Assembly: GCA_963823995.1 (NCBI GenBank)
Contig: CAWGNQ010000006.1
Span: 173,610-237,609, forward strand
Reading direction: 5' to 3'
Origin: an uncultured Acidobacteriota bacterium
GTDB lineage: Bacteria; Acidobacteriota; UBA6911; RPQK01; JAPXNP01
DNA length: 64,000 nt
Position numbers and translations under genes: made by a program. This document shows, in pieces, positions 29,610 through 38,399 of this stretch. Position 1 is the stretch's first letter; each line of letters begins with the position of its first letter. Under the pieces are notes generated by a model. The model was given only the letters and a program-made list of their open reading frames with translations, made no database searches and had not been told where the DNA came from.

Positions 29610-31430
29610 TCAGCGAAGGACGGTCAGAAAGCCGCAGTGGCCGATAGCATGGTAGACGCGACCGCTCTGGTGGTCGGTGTAGATCTCGACGGGTCGGAAG
29701 ACGACGAGCGTGTCGGGAGCACGGTAACTTTGCTCCGCGGCCAGGGTCGGGTTCACGGAGACGAATGCCGGCTCGTACAGATTCCTGCGGACGAGCCGCA
29801 TCAAGGGGTATTCCCACGACCAGTCCCCTCGCGAGTCGATGCCGACCACGGTCGGATGGAAGGACCGGACGAACGCTGCAGCTTCCTCGTAGATTGGTCG
29901 CAAGTGCTGCCCCTCGGAGAACAGAAGAGCAGCACGAGGACGAGGTAATGGGTCGAAGACCAACCGTGCCGATGAGCTCAAGGATGGATAGAGTTGAAGG
30001 ACAAATAGTCCCGCCGCAAGGAGGACCAGGGCACTGGCCGCCTTCGGGGTGCGGCCGGCAGTCCACAGCCTGGAAACACTCTCGATCAGCACGCCCATGG
30101 CCGGTGCCGCAACCATGAACAGGAGAAGATGCAGGCGCGGATTCAGATAGGGTTCCCATTTCGAGACCAGGCAGAGCCACAAGAACATGGCCCAGGGAAC
30201 GAGCGCCGGCAGCCACCACTCCGGTGTCAGCCGATGGCGAAGGATCAAGCCGGCGACGAGTAAAAGCACAAGGCCGGCAAAGTGAAGAGGAGCGCCGGCC
30301 TGGTACTCGTTGTAGGGCAGGAAATTCACCTCGAATCGCCGATCCGGAAAGCTTGTCGAGGGGTCCAGGACGTCGACTCCCAGCCAGCCGTGCAGCCGGC
30401 GAATGGTTGCTTCGACCTCTCGGTTCACCGACGCGACGGGAGTCGCGATTTCGAGGCTGGCTTCGCGGGTAAATCGCGAGATAAATCTTGCTGGTGACAT
30501 GGCCTCATTCACGAATAGCCGGGTCAGCCGGACCGGACCGAGAGGGCTTCCAAAGGTCGCGACATTCCTTGACCAATGCGCGATGTTGACGCCGATGGCG
30601 GCGACGGCGATCAGCAGACCGCAGACAAGCCGGTGACGGAGCCTGGCCAGGAGAAAAGCGAGAATCGGCAGCACCGGTACCAGCAGCAGGTAGGCCGAGG
30701 ACTTCGTGAGCCCGGCCAGCCCAAGGGCAAGACCGATCATCAGGGCGTCTGTGCGGCTCATCCGTCTCGTCCTCCATGCCCGAACCAGGAGCCAGAGGAA
30801 GCCGAGCGACCAGGCGGCGACCACGACATCGTTCTTCGTCGCGGAAGCTTCCAGGAATGCGATCGGGACACAAAGGGCGATGAGTGAGCTCAGCAGGCGA
30901 CTGCGCCTCGAGGCCCCGATTTCCCCGGCCAACAGTCCGACATAGAGAAGGGCCAACAGCAGCGCTGCCCAAGAGACCAGTTGAACGGTCAGGTCGGTGC
31001 GTGTCAGAAGTTGAAGGCTCGCTTGCAGGGTTTCTGCAAGAGGCCCGCGAAACAACTGATAGGGGACATGTGCCGGAAAGAACTCGAGCGACCCTTGCTG
31101 AATCCATCGGACCTGCCGCGGCAGGTGGTACACCATTGAATCCCAGCTTCGGGGAGGAGACAGGAGGCCGACGATGAGTGCAAAGACCATCAAACCCGCA
31201 ATCAGAATGAGAACCAGCCGCTCATCGAGGCGAAGTTCCTTCAATCGAAGCGGGGAGAGTTTCTCGACATGCATCCATCTCGAGAGCGTCCGAAGGGAAA
31301 CGAATGCCACGAGCGTCCAGAGCAGGAGCACCGGCCAGAAAGAAAAGAGATGTAACAGACTCAGTAGCTCGCTGCCCAACGCAAGACAGCCGCCTGCGAC
31401 GATCATGAGCTTGCCAAGCCGCTGCCCCAC
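29610..31430 (-). CDS. GT-C membrane glycosyltransferase, family 39 (ArnT/PMT-like)
   Basis: Multi-TM N-terminal region of about 450 aa plus a C-terminal soluble domain. The overall pattern fits GT39/GT83 membrane transferases. The family assignment is only moderately secure. Confidence 0.6.
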   Translation of the reverse strand: MGQRLGKLMIVAGGCLALGSELLSLLHLFSFWPVLLLWTLVAFVSLRTLSRWMHVEKLSPLRLKELRLDERLVLILIAGLMVFALIVGLLSPPRSWDSMVYHLPRQVRWIQQGSLEFFPAHVPYQLFRGPLAETLQASLQLLTRTDLTVQLVSWAALLLALLYVGLLAGEIGASRRSRLLSSLIALCVPIAFLEASATKNDVVVAAWSLGFLWLLVRAWRTRRMSRTDALMIGLALGLAGLTKSSAYLLLVPVLPILAFLLARLRHRLVCGLLIAVAAIGVNIAHWSRNVATFGSPLGPVRLTRLFVNEAMSPARFISRFTREASLEIATPVASVNREVEATIRRLHGWLGVDVLDPSTSFPDRRFEVNFLPYNEYQAGAPLHFAGLVLLLVAGLILRHRLTPEWWLPALVPWAMFLWLCLVSKWEPYLNPRLHLLLFMVAAPAMGVLIESVSRLWTAGRTPKAASALVLLAAGLFVLQLYPSLSSSARLVFDPLPRPRAALLFSEGQHLRPIYEEAAAFVRSFHPTVVGIDSRGDWSWEYPLMRLVRRNLYEPAFVSVNPTLAAEQSYRAPDTLVVFRPVEIYTDHQSGRVYHAIGHCGFLTVLR

Positions 31431-31649
31431 GAGCGGCGATTATGACACGAGACAGGGGGTCGGGCTAAAACATCAGTTTCAACGGCACCTGCAACACTCC
31501 TGATGGAATGAAAGGGGTGTCATTGAGGGTGGAGAGAAAGTTGTAGAGAGCGACCTCAACGGTCAGATTCAGCGCGATCGGGCGATGGTGAGCATTGTGC
31601 GCGTCCCGGACCGGCACCGTTGATCGACAGTCCGGGACGGGGGACCCCG

Positions 31650-33122
31650 TCACAGCACGAGGGTGACGATCGAATGAGCGGGAAGGTTCGAGCGGGCTGC
31701 CCGGCCCGAAAGCCAGACCTGGAATTCGATCGCCCGATCGTGGAGGTTGAGCACGACGACCGCTACTCGTCCGTCCGGATTCAGGAAGGCCGTCGCCTGG
31801 AGCTCATCCGATGAAGACGTGCACGAGACCCGTTTGGCGCCGGGCCGGAGGAACTTCGAGAAGTGGCCGATGTAATAGTACGAATTCATGTAGTGCAGAG
31901 TGCCGTCCCGCGTGTCGCCATGAATCGGTGCGAAACAGTAGTTCCCGACGTGATTGGGACCCCCCTGCTCGTCCAAAAGCAGGTTCCAGTCGGTCCAGCC
32001 GCAGGATCCGTTGTTGAGGTCCTGAACCATGGATCGCCCATAGTTCTCGCCCCACTTCCACGCATCGATGGTTGCCGGGTCGAAGCCGCCGTTGCAGCCC
32101 TCCGAGAAGAGCAAATGCTTCTCAGGAAAGGCCTCGCTGACTAGGCGGACGTTGTCGAAATGGTCTCCCACATACCAGTGGAAGGCCGTCCCCCAAACGT
32201 ACTTGGCGGCCTCCGGGTCTTCTAGAACGGTCTGAGCCCGTTGGTACATCAGGCCCCGGTTGTGGTCCCAGATCATGAGCCGAACACGTCCGAGGCCGGC
32301 GTGGTCCAGTTCGGGTCCCAGGTACTTCTTCACGAAATCCCGCTCCTCTTCCGCCGTGTAAATGCAGGATTCCCAGGTCTGAACCGCCATCGGCTCGTTC
32401 TGAACCGTCAGGCCCCATACGTTCACGTCCTGTTTGGCGTATTCCTGGATGAACCGGACATAGTAGTCGGCCCATGTCCCGAAGTACTCCGGTTTCAGCT
32501 TGCCTCCGTGCAGCATGTCGTTATTGGTCTTCATCCAGGCCGGAGGACTCCAGGGAGATGCAAAGAGCTTGAGATCGGGAGCCCTTTCGAGAGCTCCCTT
32601 GATGAAGGGGACCTTGTACTTCAGATCGTGGGCAATCGAGAATGTGGAGAGAGTCTTGTCGCCCGGTTCCGCGTAGGCGTAACTGGCGCTGGAGAAGTCG
32701 CAGCTGTTGATATTCGTCCGACCGAGCGTGTACCCGATCCCTTTCTGCGGATCAAAATAGGCTGCGAGAACTTCGGCACGCCTCTCCTCGGGCAGTTTGT
32801 AGAAGGTCTCTGCGGCTGCATCCGTGAATGCTCCGCCGATCCCGACCATGGTCTGAAAGGTCTTCGTCGGATCGACCATGACCGTGGGAAAGTTCTCATC
32901 CGGCTGGAGCAGTTCGTGAAAGGACACGGTCCCCACGTCGGTCAGGCGATTCCGGGTGTCTCTGGCGGTCAGAACGACACGGGCCGATTCGGGTGGTCGA
33001 TAGGCGGGCGCCGTGGCCGCCTCTGCCTTCGGGACGGAGCCGGTGCCAGGTCCGACGAGCCAGGGATAGAGGAACCAGCCGATGGACACGAGAATCGCAA
33101 TTGCCAGAAGCTTGCTTTTCAT
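31650..33122 (-). CDS. Secreted glycoside hydrolase family 30 (glucosylceramidase / beta-1,6-glucanase type)
   Basis: Signal-anchor MKSKLLAIAILVSIGWF. GH30 blocks (GGAFTDAAA..., WSPPAWMK, acid/base LTVQNEP, nucleophile LLFSEGC). The ORF-track extension up to 34160 is rejected. Confidence 0.8.
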   Translation of the reverse strand: MKSKLLAIAILVSIGWFLYPWLVGPGTGSVPKAEAATAPAYRPPESARVVLTARDTRNRLTDVGTVSFHELLQPDENFPTVMVDPTKTFQTMVGIGGAFTDAAAETFYKLPEERRAEVLAAYFDPQKGIGYTLGRTNINSCDFSSASYAYAEPGDKTLSTFSIAHDLKYKVPFIKGALERAPDLKLFASPWSPPAWMKTNNDMLHGGKLKPEYFGTWADYYVRFIQEYAKQDVNVWGLTVQNEPMAVQTWESCIYTAEEERDFVKKYLGPELDHAGLGRVRLMIWDHNRGLMYQRAQTVLEDPEAAKYVWGTAFHWYVGDHFDNVRLVSEAFPEKHLLFSEGCNGGFDPATIDAWKWGENYGRSMVQDLNNGSCGWTDWNLLLDEQGGPNHVGNYCFAPIHGDTRDGTLHYMNSYYYIGHFSKFLRPGAKRVSCTSSSDELQATAFLNPDGRVAVVVLNLHDRAIEFQVWLSGRAARSNLPAHSIVTLVL

Positions 33123-33258
33123 TACCGGATAAGGTTTACAGGGAACTGATCGCTCGTCAATGGAAAGCTTTCGCAGCACCGAGCTTGGCCGATCGTCGTC
33201 AAAGTCCGTCTCGAACCACGAGAAGGTCTGGAAATCATCATTTAGGTTAACTATTATC

Positions 33259-33274
33259 TTGACTGAACTGTCAA
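33259..33274. promoter_or_regulatory. Palindrome TTGACT-GAAC-TGTCAA in an AT-rich divergent intergenic region (GH30 / secreted protein); possible operator and -35 element
   Basis: Near-perfect inverted repeat. On the minus strand it reads TTGACA, followed 15 nt later by TAGTTA. Confidence 0.25.
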
Positions 33275-33425
33275 TCCACGACGGGCCTTCGGTTGGGGTC
33301 ACGGGAATGCCGATCGTGCCGTTGTGCCGGCGGGATTCCGGCGCCTGTCTCAGGATGCAGCGGGCAGAGGTGTGGCCGGTGTTGCCGGGCGTTCTGCGTG
33401 GAAAACCGCTCGTTCGGAGGTGATC

Positions 33426-34208
33426 ATGAAACGCCTTTGGATTCTCTGCGTCCCTCTGATGATCGGGGCAACCCAGATCGTCTTTGGTGGCACCACCTTT
33501 CCGCAACTGGCGCTCGGAGGCCTCCCCGGAGCCGATGAGCACTACGAGTGCATCATCCTGATTTCCAACAAGACGGACCAGATCTGGTCCGGCCAGATGA
33601 CGGCGCGCACGGGCAACCATGAGCCTTGGACGATCCGCTGGGTTGCCGGCGGACAGAATCATGAGGTGCAGAGGGTTCTGTTCGATCTTCCCGCGGGCGG
33701 GACGATCAAAGTCGTGGCGCAAAGTATCTCCGGTGAGCTGGCGGCCGGCTACCTCGTATTGGAAGGGCAAAGCGGATTTTCCGAATCGAACGTGACAATC
33801 TCGTTCTTCTACAACCTGCTTGACGCGACCGGAGATCTCCTCGATTCCGTCTCCGTACCCAAGGCTTCCTACGCATCGGGTGCGGTCCTTCCCGTCGAGT
33901 TCGAGCGGAATCACATCGACACCGGCCTGGCCTGGGCTCCGCTGCTCCACTGGTCCAGTGACTTTGTACTGACGTTCGAGCTGCTCGATGGTTCCGGAGC
34001 CGTCCTGGAGACCAGAGACGTCCCGTATGAGGGCCAGACCGCGACCTTCATCAGCGAGCTTTTTCCCGATGCTGCCCAAAGTGGCCGCATCGTCGGGCGG
34101 GTGCGGATCAGCTGTGAAAAGGGGATGTACATAACGGCTCTTCGAATCCAGTATTGTCACAGCGGCTTTCAGCTGACGGGAACGCCTCCCGATCCGGTTT
34201 GGGACTGA
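33426..34208 (+). CDS. Secreted hypothetical protein (two tandem beta-rich modules)
   Basis: GGAGGTGA SD, then signal peptide MKRLWILCVPLMIGATQIVFG. No family recognised. Confidence 0.55.
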   Translation: MKRLWILCVPLMIGATQIVFGGTTFPQLALGGLPGADEHYECIILISNKTDQIWSGQMTARTGNHEPWTIRWVAGGQNHEVQRVLFDLPAGGTIKVVAQSISGELAAGYLVLEGQSGFSESNVTISFFYNLLDATGDLLDSVSVPKASYASGAVLPVEFERNHIDTGLAWAPLLHWSSDFVLTFELLDGSGAVLETRDVPYEGQTATFISELFPDAAQSGRIVGRVRISCEKGMYITALRIQYCHSGFQLTGTPPDPVWD

Positions 34209-34388
34209 TCGCGAGGTACCTGGAAGGAGTGGGGGAGGAGCGCCATGTGTCGACGAACGGACTGTTGTCTCTACAGCGTATTGATGCTCGCCGCACTGGT
34301 CGCAACACCCTTGGCCGCGTCATGGCCACGAGTACAATCGTCCGGGGAGTCTGCAGCTCGATGCCACCAAGAGTGAGAGAATGAACCC

Positions 34389-34862
34389 ATGAATGCAGAT
34401 AAGGACCTCAGAGAACAACTGCTGGCTCTGCTCAAGGGTGGACAAGCGCACCTCGGTCCTGGAGACATCCTGGAGAAGGTCCCCCCTGAACTGCAGGGCA
34501 AACGTCCGGACGGGGTGGCCCACACTCCGTGGCAGCTTCTGGAGCATCTTCGAATCGCGCAGTGGGACATCCTGGAGTTCAGCCGCAATCCGAAACACAA
34601 GTCGCCGAAATGGCCGGATGGGTACTGGCCGAAAACCGACGCGCCGCCCAACGACGCTGCGTGGGACGAAAGTGTGGCAGCGTTTCACGAGAACAACCAG
34701 GCCATGCAGGCCCTGGTATCCGATCCCTCGAGGGATCTCCATGCGCCATTCGCTCACGGCAAGGGGCAGACGCTGCTCCGGGAGGCCCTGCTCGTGGCCG
34801 ACCACAATGCCTACCACCTTGGACAGTTCGTTCAGCTGAGGCGGCTTCTGGGGTGCTTCTAG
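34389..34862 (+). CDS. DinB-family (DinB_2) four-helix-bundle protein
   Basis: 157 aa with a conserved His triad region (...HTPWQLLEHLRIAQWD...DHNAYHLGQ) typical of DinB/YfiT-like metal-dependent proteins. Confidence 0.75.
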   Translation: MNADKDLREQLLALLKGGQAHLGPGDILEKVPPELQGKRPDGVAHTPWQLLEHLRIAQWDILEFSRNPKHKSPKWPDGYWPKTDAPPNDAAWDESVAAFHENNQAMQALVSDPSRDLHAPFAHGKGQTLLREALLVADHNAYHLGQFVQLRRLLGCF

Positions 34863-34892
34863 GTTGTCGACGGCGTTCGCACGAACGGTGCT

Positions 34893-35816
34893 GTGGGTGC
34901 GAGGGACGAATGGACGGCCGTGCGGGGCAGCATCCGGGGGCGAAACCAGGGCTCGGGAACGATCGGATTCTATCGTCTGATGGATAACCTGGTACGAGCT
35001 CTTCCTCGAGAGTCCTGGGTCGTCGATATCGGTGCCGGACCGGGGAGTTTCGACTATGCCTCAACATCGGCTCACGTGCTGGCCGTTGACTTGGAGTTCG
35101 CGGATACTCGCCGACACAAGGACGGTTCGGTCCGGGCTCCCGCTAATTGGCTCCCGTTGGGGGATGCTGTCGCGGACGTCGTCGTCTGCAACCACAGTCT
35201 GGAGCACTTTCCCGAACCTGGAAGGGCACTGAATGAGATCGATCGAGTCCTGAAACCGGGCGGATTCTGCTGGATTGCTGTCCCCGATGGACGCTCGGTC
35301 GACGACCGGCTGTATCGTTTTCTCTTCGCCGGAGGAGGACACCTGAACCGCTTCAGCATCGATTCGTTCCTGCGGACGCTCAATTCGGCGACGGAGCTGA
35401 ATCTGGTTTCCTTCAAGGATCTGTACAGCGGTTTCGTTTTTCTGGTGCCCCCGACGAAACAGAGGCTGCAATACTTTCCGCAGCCTGCGCGAGCTATCTT
35501 CTCGATCGCACCCGCCCGGATGGTTCGCTTTTCCGCCCGCTGGTTCGCCTACCTCACCCGAAGAATCGATCGACTTCTGGGCTCGCACACGAGCCGTTAC
35601 GGATGGGGCTTCGTGCTGCAGAAGTCGACGGTCGGCGCAGCGGTTCGTCGGATGCCGGACTACGTCAATGTCTGCGTCGGCTGCGGAGCGGGGCATCCCG
35701 CCGAGTCGCTGATGCCCGACCGCGGGTACCTGGGTTTCGTCCGCTCCTATCGATGTCCGTCATGCGGAGCGAGGAACCTCTTTTCCGATGGCCCGGGTTG
35801 CCGGAAGGACGAGTGA
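34893..35816 (+). CDS. Class I SAM-dependent methyltransferase with C-terminal Cys4 zinc-ribbon
   Basis: Motif I VVDIGAGPGSF, post-I acidic residue, motif VVVCNHSLEHF (Methyltransf_11-like). C-terminal CxxC...CxxC. True start may be the internal Met at 34980. Confidence 0.7.
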   Translation: MGARDEWTAVRGSIRGRNQGSGTIGFYRLMDNLVRALPRESWVVDIGAGPGSFDYASTSAHVLAVDLEFADTRRHKDGSVRAPANWLPLGDAVADVVVCNHSLEHFPEPGRALNEIDRVLKPGGFCWIAVPDGRSVDDRLYRFLFAGGGHLNRFSIDSFLRTLNSATELNLVSFKDLYSGFVFLVPPTKQRLQYFPQPARAIFSIAPARMVRFSARWFAYLTRRIDRLLGSHTSRYGWGFVLQKSTVGAAVRRMPDYVNVCVGCGAGHPAESLMPDRGYLGFVRSYRCPSCGARNLFSDGPGCRKDE

Positions 35817-35824
35817 GGGGCTCT

Positions 35825-35864
35825 CACGGACGAACACGGGCGGACACGGACTCACACGGACGGC
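35825..35864. repeat. Four tandem 10-bp repeats CACGG(A/G)C-N3, immediately after the methyltransferase stop
   Basis: cacggacgaa / cacgggcgga / cacggactca / cacggacggc. The exact 10-bp period places the repeats on one helical face. Confidence 0.5.
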
Positions 35865-35886
35865 GTCCAAGTTCCAGATTCCCGCA

Positions 35887-35925
35887 AATCGAGAATCTCA
35901 AATCGAAATTCCCAAATTCTGTCAA
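35887..35925 (+). promoter_or_regulatory. AT-rich motif AAATCGAGAATCTCAAATCGAAATTCCCAAATTC upstream of pruA; same motif family as upstream of the second aldehyde dehydrogenase
   Basis: Aligns with the minus-strand sequence ATCGAAAATCTGAAATTTATCGAAAATCTCAAATATTTG at 63330-63368. The first 16-mer differs at 2 positions. Confidence 0.4.
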
Positions 35926-36007
35926 GTCCTGGTCAGAAGTTGTCACCCTGATGGTTTCGAGAACGCGAAGAATCGACGAACCCGGAACGTAGCAGATGTC
36001 AAGTCCG

Positions 36008-36057
36008 GTCCTCCCGTCCCCCCGTCCTCCTTCCAATCCTCCGGTCCCTTCCCTATA
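36008..36057 (+). promoter_or_regulatory. Pyrimidine-rich tract with repeated CCUCC (anti-Shine-Dalgarno-like) motifs in the pruA 5' leader
   Basis: gtcctcccgtccccccgtcctccttccaatcctccggtcccttccc lies 45-95 nt upstream of the AAGGAGAG SD. It could pair with and sequester the SD. Confidence 0.3.
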
Positions 36058-36103
36058 CTCGGCCTGAGGGAGATCCGAAGCATCCAAAGCAAGGAGAGAC
36101 GAA

Positions 36104-37738
36104 ATGAGAAACGGAATCGCTGCCGTTCCGATGGCTGCGAACGAACCGATTCGTGAGTACCGTCCCGGCACTGCGGAACGAGAAAGTCTGAAACGGACCA
36201 TCGCCCAGTTGAAGGGCAAGACGATCGAGATCCCTCTGATCATCGGGGGAAGGGAAGTCCGGACCGACAGAATCGCTGAGTGCCGGATTCCCCATAAACA
36301 CGGACATCTGCTGGCGACCTATCATCAGGCCGGCCCGGACGAAGTCGCACTTGCCATCGAAGAGAGCCGGCGGGCCTGGGAGAGCTGGTCCCAGGTAGCG
36401 TGGGAGGATCGCGTGGCCATTTTTCGCCGAATGGCCGTCCTCCTGGCCGGGCCCTATCGTGACCTGCTCAACGCTTCGACCATGCTCGGGCAGAGCAAAA
36501 CCGTGTTTCAGGCGGAAATCGACTCGGCCTGCGAGCTGATCGATTTCTTCAACTTCAACTGCAGCTATCTTGCGCAGATCTACGGAGATCAGCCCCCTTA
36601 CAGTTCGACGGGCACCTGGAATCAGCTTGAATATCGACCACTGGAAGGTTTTGTTTTTGCCGTGACTCCGTTCAATTTCACGTCGATTGCCGGGAACCTG
36701 CCGACGTCGCCCGCGCTCATGGGTAACGTCGTGCTCTGGAAACCGGCCTCCTCGGCTGTCTACTCGGCCTACTTTCTGGCCCAGCTCTTCCGGGAGGCGG
36801 GGATGCCCGACGGTGTCATCAACTTCATTCCCGGACCTGGATCCAAGGTCGGTCCGCCTGTCCTGGAAAGCCCGCAGCTCGCCGGCATCCATTTCACCGG
36901 TTCGACGGCTGTTTTTCAGCAGATGTGGACCACCGTCGGTCGCAATATCCGTCAGTACCGCGCCTACCCACGCATCGTGGGCGAAACGGGAGGCAAGGAC
37001 TATATCTTCGTGCACGAATCGGCGGACCCGGACGAGACGGTGACGGCTCTCGTGCGTGGTGCCTTCGAGTACCAGGGGCAGAAGTGCTCCGCCGCATCGC
37101 GCGCCTATGTTCCCGACTCGATCTGGCCTCGAATCAAGGAGAAATACCTGGCGGCGGTCGATTCCATCACGATGGGCGACATCGAGGATTTTACCCACCT
37201 TATGGGCGCCGTCATCGACGAAGAGGCATTCGGAAATATCACCGCCTACATCGATTTTGCAGCCCAAAGTCCGGAGGCGGAAATCATCACGGGCGGAAAG
37301 TACGATGATGCGGTCGGATACTTCATCGAACCCACGACGATCGTTACGACCAACCCACAGTTCAAAACGATGGTGGAGGAAATCTTCGGACCGGTCTTGA
37401 CGATCTTCGTCTACCAGGCCGATCAGTACGAAGCCGCGCTGCGAGTGTGCGACCGGACGAGTCCGTACGCCCTGACGGGCGCCATCTTTGCCCGAGACCG
37501 GTCGGCAATCGTTCTTGCGCGGGACATCCTGACTCACAACGCCGGCAATTTCTATATCAACGACAAGCCGACCGGTGCTGTGGTCGGCCAGCAGCCTTTC
37601 GGCGGGGCCAGAGCTTCCGGGACGAACGACAAGGCCGGCTCGGCCATGAACCTGCTTCGCTGGGCAAGCGTACGGACGATCAAGGAGAACTTTTTGCCTC
37701 CCAAGGATTACCGGTATCCGCACATGGGCGCGGAATGA
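36104..37738 (+). CDS. pruA: L-glutamate gamma-semialdehyde (1-pyrroline-5-carboxylate) dehydrogenase, ALDH superfamily
   Basis: 544 aa. ALDH motifs (FTGSTAVF, catalytic Cys in GQKCSAASR, ETGGKD). Length and N-terminal region match the P5CDH (RocA/PruA) group. AAGGAGAG SD present. Confidence 0.85.
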   Translation: MRNGIAAVPMAANEPIREYRPGTAERESLKRTIAQLKGKTIEIPLIIGGREVRTDRIAECRIPHKHGHLLATYHQAGPDEVALAIEESRRAWESWSQVAWEDRVAIFRRMAVLLAGPYRDLLNASTMLGQSKTVFQAEIDSACELIDFFNFNCSYLAQIYGDQPPYSSTGTWNQLEYRPLEGFVFAVTPFNFTSIAGNLPTSPALMGNVVLWKPASSAVYSAYFLAQLFREAGMPDGVINFIPGPGSKVGPPVLESPQLAGIHFTGSTAVFQQMWTTVGRNIRQYRAYPRIVGETGGKDYIFVHESADPDETVTALVRGAFEYQGQKCSAASRAYVPDSIWPRIKEKYLAAVDSITMGDIEDFTHLMGAVIDEEAFGNITAYIDFAAQSPEAEIITGGKYDDAVGYFIEPTTIVTTNPQFKTMVEEIFGPVLTIFVYQADQYEAALRVCDRTSPYALTGAIFARDRSAIVLARDILTHNAGNFYINDKPTGAVVGQQPFGGARASGTNDKAGSAMNLLRWASVRTIKENFLPPKDYRYPHMGAE

Positions 37739-37760
37739 CCCCGCAAGCAGCGGGATGTCG

Positions 37761-37815
37761 TATTCGATTCGGCGAACTCACAAATTGAAAATCCCAGACG
37801 CCCTCCGTCCTTGCC
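37761..37815 (+). promoter_or_regulatory. Third copy of the composite element (ATTCGATTCGG...CAAATTGAAAATCCC followed by CCCTCCGTCCTTGCC) between pruA and the ybaK-like gene
   Basis: Shares the AAAT(C/T)GAAAATCCC and CTCCGTCC motifs with the elements near 35900 and 63330-63620. Confidence 0.35.
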
Positions 37816-37881
37816 TGCCGGGCCCGAGAGGCGAATAATGGGTGCATCAATCTCCCGAATGCCCACGCAAAGGAGGTCTCT

Positions 37882-38358
37882 ATGCCTTGGACACAGGTCA
37901 AAGAGTTCCTTGACAAGCAGAGCATTCCCTACGTCACGATCTCACATTCTCCCGCCTACACCGCACAGGGAATTGCCGCTTCTGCCCATGTGAAGGGCAG
38001 GGAACTCGCAAAGACAGTCATCATCAAGGTGAACGGTAAGCTGGCCATGGCGGTCCTGCCGGCGCCCTTTAAGGTCAACTTCGACCGGCTCAAAGAGGCT
38101 CTCGGCGACCCCGGGGCCACGCTCGCTGCGGAACAGGAGTTCGAACATCTCTTTCCGGATTGCGAACTTGGGGCCATGCCTCCCTTCGGCAACCTTTACG
38201 GTATGGATGTCTACGTCGCCAAGAGCCTGACCGAGGACGAGGAGATCGCCTTCAATGCAGGATCCCATTCGGAGCTCGTCCGGATGGCCTATCGCGACTT
38301 CGAGCGCCTCGCAAAGCCGAAAGTGCTGAGCTTCACGACCCACCCGGGTTCCGGGTAG
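37882..38358 (+). CDS. YbaK/ProX-family aminoacyl-tRNA deacylase domain protein
   Basis: 158 aa with the conserved YbaK/EbsC fold signature (...KTVIIK...GAMPPFG...). Confidence 0.75.
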   Translation: MPWTQVKEFLDKQSIPYVTISHSPAYTAQGIAASAHVKGRELAKTVIIKVNGKLAMAVLPAPFKVNFDRLKEALGDPGATLAAEQEFEHLFPDCELGAMPPFGNLYGMDVYVAKSLTEDEEIAFNAGSHSELVRMAYRDFERLAKPKVLSFTTHPGSG

Positions 38359-38377
38359 GCGATGCGCGTTGCCGGGT

Positions 38378-38392
38378 CCGGTGAATCACCGG
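38378..38392. terminator. Hairpin CCGGTG-AAT-CACCGG between the convergent ybaK-like and GH51 genes
   Basis: 6-bp stem with a 3-nt loop, inside a 41-bp convergent intergenic gap. Confidence 0.25.
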
Positions 38393-38399
38393 CCAACAA

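Noticed and set aside
31650-34160. 836-aa minus-strand ORF presented as a single gene
   Set aside because: Only the C-terminal 490 aa (from MKSKLLAIAIL at 33122) look like a real GH30 protein with a signal peptide. The N-terminal 345 aa are Arg/Pro/Gly-rich and run antisense to the well-supported secreted-protein gene at 33426-34208 and the intergenic region.
35929-35945. Sigma-54 promoter-like sequence TGGTCAGAAGTTGT upstream of pruA
   Set aside because: GG and the would-be GC elements are one base too close (7 instead of 8 intervening nt), and the -12 element is TTGT rather than TTGC. Sigma-54 promoters are intolerant of spacing changes.
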